DNA from: an uncultured delta proteobacterium
GTDB lineage: Bacteria > Myxococcota_A > UBA9160 > SMWR01
Direction: 5' to 3'
DNA: 64,000 nt
NCBI GenBank assembly: GCA_963832165.1
Contig: CAWHTE010000003.1
Coordinates: forward strand, 687,655 to 751,654
Of this stretch, positions 16,390-25,831 are shown piece by piece. Below the pieces are notes generated by a model. It did not search any database, was not told the origin of the DNA, and saw only the letters and a list, made by a program, of their open reading frames with translations. The position numbers were made by a program, and so were the translations under genes. Position 1 is the stretch's first letter, and each line of letters opens with the position of its first letter.

Positions 16390-17649
16390 ATGTCATTTGG
16401 CGAGTCGCCGTTCGACCAGGAGCTGAAGGAAGCCTGGGTTCGATTCTGCGATCGGCTGAAGGCGGCCGGAGATCGCGTGTTCAAGGACGTGAACCCCGCG
16501 AGCGCGCTTCAGCGCGTCGACGGCTTCCGCTATCTGACGCAGAACCTCAGCCAGGCGTTCGACCTCGCGCTCGAGACGAAGGATCCGAAGTTTCCCGCGC
16601 TGCACGCGTTCTGCTCGCCCACGCGCAAGCTCGGCTCGGACAACGCCGACTGCATCTACCTCCAGGCGTGGATCGACGGGGAGTCGGTCTACAAGATCAG
16701 CGGAAGGAATGGCACCGCGCGCATGTCGAACATCGCGGTCCAGGGAGCGCGGTCCGCGATCGCCTACGGCACCGCGACGGCCCGGCCGCTGCACGAGCCG
16801 TTCGGCGACACCCCCGAAGCGAACCTGTTCGGCCACGATCTCGAGACGAACGGCGACGGCTCGTTCGAGCTCTACATCGGCGGCGAGCGACGCGGGCAGA
16901 ACTGGCTCCCGACGACCAAGGACAGTCGCAAGCTCTTCCTGCGCCAGTACTTCGACCGATGGGACGAGGAGGCCGCCGAATACCGGATCGAGCGGGTCGG
17001 GATGGCCGAGCCGCGCCCGGTTCCCACGGTCGACCAGATGATCGACGCGATGAAGTGGGCGGGGGACTTCGTCTACGACGTGGTCGACTTCTGGCCGGAG
17101 TGGCTCTGGGAACCCGGCGATCAGATCGACCCTGCGGCGATCAACCAGTTCCGAGGCAAGAACATCGCGAGCGACAAGCCCTGGTCGCCGGAGACCGAGG
17201 CGATGGACCAGCGCCGCGGCCGTCTGATCACGATGATGCGCTGGGCGTTAGGCGAAGACGAGGCGTTGATCGTCGAGTTCGACGCCTACGACGGCTTCTG
17301 GATGATCACGAGCGAGGCGATCTTCGGCAACAGCATGGACTACGTCTACCGGCCCGTGAGCTACACGCCGAGCCGGACCGCGGTCGACTCCGACGGCGTG
17401 ATCCGCTTCGTGCTGACGAAGGATGATCCGGGCTTCTCGAACTGGATCGACAACCAGGGATATGCGGCGGGCGTACTCACGTTCCGCAACGTGCACTCGC
17501 GGCACGTGCCCGCGCTGCGCACGAAGGTGGCCCCGGCGAGCGAAGTCGCCCGTCATCTGCCGGTGGAAAGCCGGCGATCGTCACGCGACGATCGCGTCGC
17601 CGAGCTGCGAGCGCGGTTCGAAGCGATCCGCCGGCGCTACCGGATCTGA
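16390..17649 (+). CDS. Conserved hypothetical protein (DUF1214-like, sulfotransferase-associated)
   Basis: DGFRYL, KLGSDNADCIY, DGSFEL, RQYFDRW, DPGFSNWID. Confidence 0.7.
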   Translation: MSFGESPFDQELKEAWVRFCDRLKAAGDRVFKDVNPASALQRVDGFRYLTQNLSQAFDLALETKDPKFPALHAFCSPTRKLGSDNADCIYLQAWIDGESVYKISGRNGTARMSNIAVQGARSAIAYGTATARPLHEPFGDTPEANLFGHDLETNGDGSFELYIGGERRGQNWLPTTKDSRKLFLRQYFDRWDEEAAEYRIERVGMAEPRPVPTVDQMIDAMKWAGDFVYDVVDFWPEWLWEPGDQIDPAAINQFRGKNIASDKPWSPETEAMDQRRGRLITMMRWALGEDEALIVEFDAYDGFWMITSEAIFGNSMDYVYRPVSYTPSRTAVDSDGVIRFVLTKDDPGFSNWIDNQGYAAGVLTFRNVHSRHVPALRTKVAPASEVARHLPVESRRSSRDDRVAELRARFEAIRRRYRI

Positions 17650-17659
17650 GGAATCGCGC

Positions 17660-18817
17660 TCAGGTCGAGAGCCCGTAGAACCGGACCGCGTTCTCCCCGA
17701 GGATCTTGCGCTGGGTCGATTCGGGCAGCCCCGCGATCTTCTCGCGGATCTGGCCCACGACGTTGAACGACGCGTCGAGGTGCGGATAGTCCGACGCCCA
17801 GATCACGTAGTCTTCTCCGAGGTGCAAGGCCACCGCCGCCGTGATCGACTCGTCGGGCTCGGCGGAGATCAGGCACTGGCGCTTGAAGTACTCCGAGGGC
17901 AGGAGCTTCATCGGCGTGAACGCGTGCATGACCTCGGTCTTGTGGTCCATGCGGTCGAGCCAGGCCGTGATCCAGTTCGAGCCCGCCTCGAGCACCGCGA
18001 GACGCAGGCCCGGGTACTTCTCGAACATGCCGCGCGTCATCATCGAGGTGAAGGCCGCCATCACGTCGAGCGCGAGGAATGTGAACGAGAACACGACCGC
18101 GCCGCCGATGCCCCGGGGATCTCCTCCGCGCAGGAAGCCTTCGAGCATGCTCGTATGGCGCGCGACGACGTGGAAGGCGATGGGCATGTCGAGGTCCTGC
18201 ACCGTCTCCCAGAACGGCACGAGATCGCGGTCGTCGAACTGGCGTCCATCGCGCGACTCGGGATCGGGCGAGAGATAGACGCCTGCACAACCGTCCTTGC
18301 GCGCGCGCTTCACTTCCTCGACGGCCCCTTCCGGGTCCTTCAGGCAGATGTGCGCAATCGGAACGAGGCGCTTGCGATCGTGGCTGCAGAAGTCGACGAT
18401 CCAGCGGTTGTAGGCGCGGCTGTACGCCGTTGCGAGCTGCGGGTTCGTGACGAGTCCCTCCCACGCGATGCCGATCGTGGGATAGAGCAGCGCGATGTCG
18501 ATCTTCTCGTCGTCCATTACCGAGAGGCGCGCCGCCGGGTCGTAGCCGCCGGGCGGGCAGCCATCCTCGTAGCTGCGCGAGCCCACGGTCATCAGATCGG
18601 TCGAGTCCATCTCGATTCCACCCAGCGCGCCGAGCGTCCCGCGCAGGGCGGGGTGGACCTTGTTCTCGACGAGCAGGCACTCGACGCCCTCCTGGTCTTT
18701 CTCGATGCGGATCGCGTCGGCGCGATGCTTCGGCTCGAGATACTTCTGCCAGGTGTCGCGGGGTTCGAGGACGTGGCCGTCGGCATCGACGGTCAAAAAG
18801 GCTTGATTGGCGGCCAT
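17660..18817 (-). CDS. Amidohydrolase_2 family protein
   Basis: VDADGHVLEP, RAYNRWIVDFC, LEAG, WASDYPHLD; start MAANQ. Confidence 0.9.
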   Translation of the reverse strand: MAANQAFLTVDADGHVLEPRDTWQKYLEPKHRADAIRIEKDQEGVECLLVENKVHPALRGTLGALGGIEMDSTDLMTVGSRSYEDGCPPGGYDPAARLSVMDDEKIDIALLYPTIGIAWEGLVTNPQLATAYSRAYNRWIVDFCSHDRKRLVPIAHICLKDPEGAVEEVKRARKDGCAGVYLSPDPESRDGRQFDDRDLVPFWETVQDLDMPIAFHVVARHTSMLEGFLRGGDPRGIGGAVVFSFTFLALDVMAAFTSMMTRGMFEKYPGLRLAVLEAGSNWITAWLDRMDHKTEVMHAFTPMKLLPSEYFKRQCLISAEPDESITAAVALHLGEDYVIWASDYPHLDASFNVVGQIREKIAGLPESTQRKILGENAVRFYGLST

Positions 18818-18882
18818 GATCGGACTCCCTTCGGACGTGCCAGCGCAAGCTAGCGTAGATTCTCGGATGGAAGCCGGGACGG

Positions 18883-19695
18883 TCAAACGCCGAGCGACTG
18901 AAGCAGCTCGCCGAGATTCGAAGCGGCGCGGCGCGTCGCGTCGACGCGGCCTTCGGCGTCGATGCGCGGCCCGATCAGCTCGAGGTCGAAGGCGCCGGCA
19001 TAGCCGGCCGCGAGCGCCCACTCGAGGATCCGCCGAAGCGGGATGCTCCCGTCGCCGGGAACGGCCCGCGCGGGCAGGGAGCGATCGCCGTAGACGTAAT
19101 CGGCGACCTGAACCAGCCCGCAGCGCGGCATCACGCGCTCGATCGTCTGCTCGAGGCCCGCTTCGGTCCAGCACGAGAAGGTGTCGATGCAGACACCGAT
19201 CCCCGCCATCTCGGCGAGCGTCAGCGCGTCGCGCACGGTGTGGGCGAGATGCAGGTCGGCGTAGAGCGCCGGCGTCGCCTCCACCGTCAGCTTGATGCCT
19301 GCTTCGTTCGCGCGAGCGACGCAGGGCGCGAGCGCTGCGCTGAAGCTCTCCGCCGCCTGCTCCCAGGTCAAGTTGCCGTGTCCTCCCGTCATCAGGTTGA
19401 TCGATCGCCCTCCGAGCTCCTCCACGGAGTCGATCACGCGCGACAGCTTCTCTCGCTCTTCGCGCCACGATTCCGCGTGCGCATTCGCGTGGCGACCCGC
19501 CCAGAAGAGATGGGTCATGCTCTCGAACTGATAGGCGCCCGCGTCGATGATCTGGCGCGGCAGCGATAGATCGCCGCCGAGCAGCGAGCTCATGAAGCTG
19601 ATGCGGCGCGGTGCGAGTGCGCGCCAGTGCTCCGCCATCTCCGAGAGGCCGGCTCCCGGAAAGCACAGCGCGTTCACCGATATCCGATCATGCAT
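18883..19695 (-). CDS. Sugar-phosphate isomerase/epimerase (xylose isomerase-like TIM barrel)
   Basis: LTVE, CIDTF, VQVAD, RAVPGDG, FDLELIGP. Confidence 0.8.
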   Translation of the reverse strand: MHDRISVNALCFPGAGLSEMAEHWRALAPRRISFMSSLLGGDLSLPRQIIDAGAYQFESMTHLFWAGRHANAHAESWREEREKLSRVIDSVEELGGRSINLMTGGHGNLTWEQAAESFSAALAPCVARANEAGIKLTVEATPALYADLHLAHTVRDALTLAEMAGIGVCIDTFSCWTEAGLEQTIERVMPRCGLVQVADYVYGDRSLPARAVPGDGSIPLRRILEWALAAGYAGAFDLELIGPRIDAEGRVDATRRAASNLGELLQSLGV

Positions 19696-19708
19696 CCGTC
19701 CCGCCCTA

Positions 19709-20872
19709 CTATGTACGTTGCTCGATGTCGAGGCCGAAGCGCTCGCGGTATGGCGCGAACTCGGCGTTCAGGACTTGGAGATCCTCACCGATCACGTCCG
19801 TCGAATACTCGAACCTGCCATAGCGGTCGCTCCTGTTGTCGCGCAGGTAGGTGCGCATGGCGGCTTCGGCCTCGCGCGTGAGGGTCACGTCGCATTTGTC
19901 GTAGAACGCGCGGATCGCCGCCGCGGGGTCGGCGACGAGATCGGGATAGCGGACGTGGTGGATCCGCGGATCGTCGAGGAAGGGACTGTTCAGTGCGGCC
20001 TCGAAGCTCGCGCGCGAGAGCGCGAGGTACTGCGACGCGACCTCCTTCCAATCGACGCGGCCGACGAGGCCCTCCTCGATCTCCGCGACGAGCACGATGC
20101 GCGAGGCGATCACGGGTACCGGGTCGCGGTGCGTCCAGAGGATCCGCGCGTCCGGATAGGCTTCGAAGAGCGCGGACAGCCGGCTGCTGTGGAAACCCTT
20201 GAGCACCCAGGTCCGCTTCGGCCGCGCGTACTGGCAGTGCTGCAACATCATCTTGTGCAGGCGGTACTGCGCGCGCGGATCGGCCGGCAGCCCGCTCATG
20301 CGGATGTTCATCGGCACGCGCCACCAGGCCGTGGGCGTCATCACGCGGAAATCGAACGCCCACGTGCGCTCGCATTCGGGGAGGCCGTCGCCGAGCATGT
20401 CGTTGTAGGGATGGCTGATCAGCCACTTGGGGATCACGCGCAGGATCTCGCGCCAATCTTCGTCGGCGCGCGCACGCCTCGGATCGTCCGGTCCCGCGAG
20501 TCCCGGTGGCGGGGAGGGGTACATCAGCTCCCAGAAACGCAGCGCGCGCGCGTTCGGATCGACGGACAGGAGCGCGTGCAGGAGCGTGGTTCCGGAACGG
20601 GGCTCACCCGTCGCGAAGAGCGGCCGCTCGATCACTTCGTCGCCGATCGCAGCGCGCTTGCGGTCCTCGAAGAAACGCAGCCTGGACGTGAGCAGCCAGT
20701 GGCAGACGGATGCGGCTGCGCGCTGGCCCACTGGTTCGAGGCCCGCGTCCCGGATCACCGCGACCGCAAGCGCGAAGCGCTCGGGAAGCGTGTCGTCGCC
20801 GTAGTCGCGCAAGCCCGTCTCGGCTTCGGCCGCCGCGAGCAGCGCGTCGGGATCGAGGAACGGCCTGCTCAC
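19709..20872 (-). CDS. Sulfotransferase family protein
   Basis: TGEPRSGTTLLH (5'-PSB loop), WVLKG, WTHRDP; GTGA overlap with the upstream gene. Confidence 0.85.
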   Translation of the reverse strand: MSRPFLDPDALLAAAEAETGLRDYGDDTLPERFALAVAVIRDAGLEPVGQRAAASVCHWLLTSRLRFFEDRKRAAIGDEVIERPLFATGEPRSGTTLLHALLSVDPNARALRFWELMYPSPPPGLAGPDDPRRARADEDWREILRVIPKWLISHPYNDMLGDGLPECERTWAFDFRVMTPTAWWRVPMNIRMSGLPADPRAQYRLHKMMLQHCQYARPKRTWVLKGFHSSRLSALFEAYPDARILWTHRDPVPVIASRIVLVAEIEEGLVGRVDWKEVASQYLALSRASFEAALNSPFLDDPRIHHVRYPDLVADPAAAIRAFYDKCDVTLTREAEAAMRTYLRDNRSDRYGRFEYSTDVIGEDLQVLNAEFAPYRERFGLDIEQRT

Positions 20873-21993
20873 GCGCGGGTCCCCGCAATGCGGATCAGCT
20901 CGTCTTCGGCTTCGCGAACCTTCAACGCCGAACGCGCGGCGAATTCGAGTCCGGCCATGCCGCCGTAGTCGAGGATCTTCGGAACGCGCACGCCGGCATC
21001 GAGATAACCCGCGACGATGCGGGCGATCTGCTTCGGCGATCCGTGCGGCAACACGGCGAGCAGCGCTTCGGGCTCGACCTTCCCGAGCAGGTCGACCATC
21101 CGCTCGCGCGTGAGCGTTCGGGGGTTGATGTCGTGCATGCCCTTCCAATCGTCGCCGAGCGGGTGCGCGAACCCGCAGCGCCGCATGAAGTCGCCGCGGA
21201 CCTGAAGGACGTAGCTCTTCACGAGCGGCGCCTGGACCATCTGCGCGAGCTCGGCGTCGTCGCCGATCAGGCAGATCACGAAGCACGCCGGCGTGATGGC
21301 CATCGGGTCGCGGCCCGCGCGCTCTGCCGATCCGCGCACGACCGCGAGCTTGGCCGCATAATCCTCGGGCGTCACGGAGCCGACGGGCCACCAGCCCTCC
21401 GCGTAGCGGCCGGTCAGCTCGAGCATGCGCGGCCCACCGCCTCCGATCCAGATCTTCGGAAGACGCCCTTCGAACGGCTCGGTGTCCAGGCGCGCATGAT
21501 GCAGCCGGTAGAAGCGGCCCTCGAAGTCGACGGGCCCGCGGCTCTCCCAGAGGAGCCGGATCACGCGTAGCGACTCCTCGAAGCGGCTGACCGGTGCGCC
21601 GAAGTCGAAGCCGTAGGGCGCGGTGTTCTCGAGCTCGCCGCTGCCCAGTCCCAGGATGAAGCGCCCCTTCGAGAGGTGGTCGATCGTGAGCGCAGTCTGC
21701 GCGAGCGAGGCCGGGTGTCGCCGCACGGTGTCGACGACGCTGGTCGCGATCGGAACGCGTCGGGTGAGGACCGCGACCGCAGCGGCTACGGCGAGGCTGT
21801 CGAGATAGCGATGGGGCGATGGCGATACCGTCGCGAGGTCGGTGAACTCGGGCGTCCAGATCGAGTCGGGCCAGAAGCTCACCATGTGGTCCGGAAGCCA
21901 GACCGAGTGATAGCGACCGCTGTCGAGCTCCTCGAGCTGGGAGAGATCGAGCGGCAGGGTCGTGCGGAGAAAGGCGCCGGGCTTCAGCGTCAT
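20869..21993 (-). CDS. LLM-class flavin/F420-dependent oxidoreductase
   Basis: SVWLPDH, RRHPASLAQTALTIDHLSKGRFILGLGSGE, IWIGGGGPRML. Confidence 0.85.
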   Translation of the reverse strand: MTLKPGAFLRTTLPLDLSQLEELDSGRYHSVWLPDHMVSFWPDSIWTPEFTDLATVSPSPHRYLDSLAVAAAVAVLTRRVPIATSVVDTVRRHPASLAQTALTIDHLSKGRFILGLGSGELENTAPYGFDFGAPVSRFEESLRVIRLLWESRGPVDFEGRFYRLHHARLDTEPFEGRLPKIWIGGGGPRMLELTGRYAEGWWPVGSVTPEDYAAKLAVVRGSAERAGRDPMAITPACFVICLIGDDAELAQMVQAPLVKSYVLQVRGDFMRRCGFAHPLGDDWKGMHDINPRTLTRERMVDLLGKVEPEALLAVLPHGSPKQIARIVAGYLDAGVRVPKILDYGGMAGLEFAARSALKVREAEDELIRIAGTRA

Positions 21994-22000
21994 CTCGCTC

Positions 22001-22429
22001 CTACACTCGCCGGAACTTCACCAACGTGATGTCCTCACTCACGGGCACGAAGACGGCCTCGACCGGCATGCTCGCGCGGATCTCGGCAGGCGGGCAGTCG
22101 AGCACCTGGCTCTGGAAGTGCACGCCCTCGTCGAGCAGTACGTCGACGACGTTGTAGGGCAGCTGATCCTGAAACGCCGGCAGCGTGGGTCCGTGCACGA
22201 TCGTCCACGTGTAGACCACGCCGCGTCCGCGGGACAGCTCCCACGTGTAGCTCGTCGACTGGCACGACGGGCAGATCGGCCGCGGATAGTGGCGGAAGGT
22301 TCCGCAGTCGGAGCAGCGCTGGAACCGGAGCTCGCCACGGCGCGCAGCTTCGTAGAAGGGAGCATTGTCGAGACCCGGCTGCGGCAGCGGGAGATTGCGC
22401 GTGATCACCGATTCGCGCAGGTCGCTCAC
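22001..22429 (-). CDS. DUF35 zinc-ribbon/OB-fold protein
   Basis: QRCSDCG...YPRPICPSC, SRGRGVVYTWT, LDEG. Confidence 0.9.
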   Translation of the reverse strand: MSDLRESVITRNLPLPQPGLDNAPFYEAARRGELRFQRCSDCGTFRHYPRPICPSCQSTSYTWELSRGRGVVYTWTIVHGPTLPAFQDQLPYNVVDVLLDEGVHFQSQVLDCPPAEIRASMPVEAVFVPVSEDITLVKFRRV

Positions 22430-23613
22430 GCGTCCCTCCGCAGGATTGCGGCGCCGGTGGGGTCCGTGCTGGCGCCCGCGATCAGCACGAGCTCGCAGTC
22501 GGGGACCTGCGACGTGGAGGTGCCGCGGATCTGTCGCACGGCTTCGAGGTTGTTGTTCATCCCATGGATGAAGGCCTCCGAGAGCTGACCTCCGTTCGTG
22601 CTGGTCGGAAGGCGCCCGCCCTCGAAGTAGAGACCCTGATCCTCGACGAACGGTCCGCCCTCGCCGCGCTTGCAGAAGCCGTAGTCCTCGAGCGCGATGA
22701 TCACGAACGAGGTGAAGAAGTCGTAGCAGAAGAATGCGTCGATCTCGGACGGACGCAGGCCCGAGCCCTCCCAGAGCTGGCGCCCCACGCGTGCCGCGCT
22801 GTCGTCGTCACGGTCGCGTCCGAACAGCGTCGAGAGCCGGATGTGATGCGAGCCCGCGTTGAGTGCGCCCGCGTGGATCAATGCGGGCGGCTGGCGCAGG
22901 TCGCGCGCGCGCTCGCGCGAGGACACGATCAGCGCGCAGGCGCCGTCCGTCTCGATGTTGCAATCGAACAGGCGCAGCGGTTCGGCGATCATGCGCGAGC
23001 CGTGGTGGTCGGCGATCGTCATCGGCATGCGCATCACCGCGTTCGGGTTGCGCATCGCGTGGCGTCGCGTCGCGACGGCGACCTCGGCGAACTGCTCCTG
23101 GGTGGTGCCGTACTCGATCATGTGGCGGCGCGTGATCATCGCCATCTCCTGGAATGCGGAGACGAGCCCGTGCGGCACGTGCCACTGGTTGAGATCGGGC
23201 AGGCGATCCGGGATGCGCTCCCAGTAGCGGCCGCCGAGCACGGCGTCCTTCCCAAAGACCGAGTTCTTTCCGCGCGCGCGCGAGCGGAACACGAGCACGT
23301 GGTTCGCCATGCCCATCGCGATCGCGAGGGCCGCATGCACGAGCACGGACACCGACCCGCCGCCGCCCCAGCTCGTGCTCGCCTGGTAGCGCAGCCCGGG
23401 ACCCACGATCGAGAGCAGCTGCTCTTCGTCGGTGGTCTCCATGTCGTAGCGCACCACGCCGTCGATCTCGCGCGGCGCGATGCCGGCGTCGTCGCAGGCA
23501 GCGAGGATCGCCTCGCTGGCCATGTCGTACTCGGAGCGGCCGAGGCCTTTGGAGAACGGGGTCTGGCCGATACCGACGATCGCCGCGTGGTCGCGCAGCT
23601 GGTTCGAGCTCAT
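22426..23613 (-). CDS. Thiolase-like lipid-transfer protein (Ltp2/SCP-x type)
   Basis: AAIVGIGQTPFSK, EPLRLFDCNIETDG, YDFFT, NGGQLSEAFIHG. Confidence 0.85.
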   Translation of the reverse strand: MSSNQLRDHAAIVGIGQTPFSKGLGRSEYDMASEAILAACDDAGIAPREIDGVVRYDMETTDEEQLLSIVGPGLRYQASTSWGGGGSVSVLVHAALAIAMGMANHVLVFRSRARGKNSVFGKDAVLGGRYWERIPDRLPDLNQWHVPHGLVSAFQEMAMITRRHMIEYGTTQEQFAEVAVATRRHAMRNPNAVMRMPMTIADHHGSRMIAEPLRLFDCNIETDGACALIVSSRERARDLRQPPALIHAGALNAGSHHIRLSTLFGRDRDDDSAARVGRQLWEGSGLRPSEIDAFFCYDFFTSFVIIALEDYGFCKRGEGGPFVEDQGLYFEGGRLPTSTNGGQLSEAFIHGMNNNLEAVRQIRGTSTSQVPDCELVLIAGASTDPTGAAILRRDA

Positions 23614-23627
23614 CGATCCTCGCGAAC

Positions 23628-23667
23628 GGGAAACAACATTGAGGCTCGTGTCGAAATCTCATAGCGT
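23628..23667 (+). promoter_or_regulatory. Promoter element B, copy 2 (TTGAGG-N17-TAGCGT)
   Basis: 29/40 identity with 15082-15121. Confidence 0.65.
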
Positions 23668-23710
23668 ATTCGACGGCAGCAGAGCCACCGTTCGCACAGG
23701 AGGCACGATC

Positions 23711-24757
23711 GTGACCGCAGCAGCACGCACGCTGGACGAGCTCGCGTTCTACACGCTCGCGGGTCAGCCGGCTTCCTCGCGCGACCTCGTCGCCGAGGTC
23801 GTCGAAGCGGAGGCGCTCGGGCTCGGCACGGCGTTCATCTCCGAGCGGTACAACAAGAAGGAGGCCGCGACGCTCTCGGGTGCCGCGGGTGCGGTCAGCG
23901 ATCGGATCACGATCGAGACCGCGGCGACCAATCACAACACGCGTCACCCGCTGGTGACGGCCGGCTTCGCGCGCACGATGCAGAGTCTCACGGGCGGACG
24001 CTTCGTGCTCGGGCTGGGTCGAGGCGTTCCGCTGATGCAGGATGCCTTCGGCATCCCTCGCATCACGACCGCGCAGATCGAGGACTTCACGGGCCTCATG
24101 CGGCGCCTGTTCCGTGGCGAGGTGATCATCGGCCACAAAGGCCCCGCCGGATCGTGGCCGGTATTGCATCTCGACGCGACGCTTTCCGAGCATCTCCCGA
24201 TGAGCCTCGTCGCGTTCGGACCGAACAGCCTCGCGCTCGGGGGGCGCTGCTTCGACGAGGTGGTGCTGCACACCTTCTTCACGGACGAGACCACGGCTCG
24301 CTGCGTCCAGGCCGTGAAGAGCGCGGCCGAGAAGGCGGGCCGCGACCCCGCGTCGGTGAGGGTATGGTCGTGCTTCGCGACGGTCGGCGACCACATCCCC
24401 GAGGACAAGCGCCTCATGAAGATGGTCGGCCGGCTCGCCACCTATCTCCAGGGGTACGGCGAGCTGCTCGTGCGAACGAACGGTTGGGATCAGGGTGTCC
24501 TGAAGCGGATCCTGGCCGACCCGATCGTGTCGAGCGTGCGCGGTCTCGACATCGTGGGCACCGCGGAGCAGCTCGAGCACGTCGCCACGCTGATCCCGAA
24601 GGAGTGGCTCGCCTCGGCGGCCACCGGGAGCCCGGGTCAGTGCGTCGCCGCGATCCGAAACCAGTTCGCGCTCGGCTGCGACGGTGTCATCCTGCACGGA
24701 GCGACACCTGCCGAGCTGGCACCGATCGTTGCGGAGTACCGCCGCGCGGTCGGGTAG
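23711..24757 (+). CDS. LLM-class probable F420-dependent oxidoreductase (TIGR03857-like)
   Basis: ELAFYTLAG, ISERYNKKEA, ATNHNTRHP, VVLHTFF, ILHGATP; GGAGG RBS. Confidence 0.85.
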   Translation: MTAAARTLDELAFYTLAGQPASSRDLVAEVVEAEALGLGTAFISERYNKKEAATLSGAAGAVSDRITIETAATNHNTRHPLVTAGFARTMQSLTGGRFVLGLGRGVPLMQDAFGIPRITTAQIEDFTGLMRRLFRGEVIIGHKGPAGSWPVLHLDATLSEHLPMSLVAFGPNSLALGGRCFDEVVLHTFFTDETTARCVQAVKSAAEKAGRDPASVRVWSCFATVGDHIPEDKRLMKMVGRLATYLQGYGELLVRTNGWDQGVLKRILADPIVSSVRGLDIVGTAEQLEHVATLIPKEWLASAATGSPGQCVAAIRNQFALGCDGVILHGATPAELAPIVAEYRRAVG

Positions 24758-24787
24758 CGGAGCGACGCGCGCGAAAGGGAGGTAGCG

Positions 24788-25831
24788 ATGGTCGTCGATC
24801 TGACCGGTGGTCTCGACGAGGTCCGGGAATTCGTGTTCGCGAAGCAGCCGGGCGATCCCGCGATGCGCGAGTCGGTCAACCTCTGGATGTGGGACGACGC
24901 GGTCGGGTTCGGCATGCCTCGAATCGGAATCGAGGCGGTTGCCGACCAGTGGGACACCCACGACGTCCAGTGCAACATCGCGCTGGGGGATGGCCGGCTG
25001 CTGCTGCTCTTCGAGCCCGGGAAGGTGCACGACCCGCTCGGAGCCGACGGACGCGCGCGAGTGCTAGGCGCGGGTCCCTTGTCCTTCGAGCTGGTGGAGC
25101 CGTTCGTGCACTGGCGCATGCGACTCCGCGGCGGCATGGCGGTGGTCACGAGCGTGGAGGCACAGATCGACGGAAAGCGTCCCTCCGGCGACGAGCGGGT
25201 GCCGGTCGACATCGAAGTCGACCTGCGATCGGCCGTGCCGCCGTTCGAGAACGGCACGCTGCGAGCCGACGCCGCTCGGGTCCTCGCAGAACAGGAGGAG
25301 GGCGCGCTGATGGGAGGGCCGCGCTTCGAGCAGCTGTTCCGGGCGAGGGGAACGTTCACGGTGGACGGAAAGCAGCACCGGCTGAACGGTGGCGGCCTGC
25401 GCATCCGACGTCAGGGGATCCGCCGGATCGCGCGCTTCTGGGGTCACGCGTGGCAATCCGCGGTGTTCCCGAGCGGCAAGGCGTTCGGCCACCTCGTGTA
25501 TCCCCCTCGTGCCGACGGGAAGCCGACCTACAACGAGGGATACGTCTTCGACGGCGACGGCGCGTTGGTTCCCGCTCGCGTCGTGGAGGCGCCGTGGCTA
25601 CGTCGCATGAAGGCGCGCGGCGAGGACGTGTCGGTCGTGCTCGAGACCGAGCGGGGCAGGGTGCGGATCCACGGCGAGACGCAGCTGTCGGCCTTCCACG
25701 CGATTCCGGTGACGGAGAACGCGGACTTCCCGATCCTGCACCAATCGATCGTCCGGTACACGTGGGACGGTGAGACCGCGAACGGCATGCTCGAGCGCTC
25801 CTCGCTGCCGAGCCAGGTATCCCGCTCGTGA
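24788..25831 (+). CDS. Conserved hypothetical beta-rich protein (lipocalin/hydratase-like)
   Basis: MRESVNLWMWD, RFEQLFRARG, RIRRQG, FWGHAWQSA, GMLERS; GGAGG RBS. Confidence 0.65.
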   Translation: MVVDLTGGLDEVREFVFAKQPGDPAMRESVNLWMWDDAVGFGMPRIGIEAVADQWDTHDVQCNIALGDGRLLLLFEPGKVHDPLGADGRARVLGAGPLSFELVEPFVHWRMRLRGGMAVVTSVEAQIDGKRPSGDERVPVDIEVDLRSAVPPFENGTLRADAARVLAEQEEGALMGGPRFEQLFRARGTFTVDGKQHRLNGGGLRIRRQGIRRIARFWGHAWQSAVFPSGKAFGHLVYPPRADGKPTYNEGYVFDGDGALVPARVVEAPWLRRMKARGEDVSVVLETERGRVRIHGETQLSAFHAIPVTENADFPILHQSIVRYTWDGETANGMLERSSLPSQVSRS

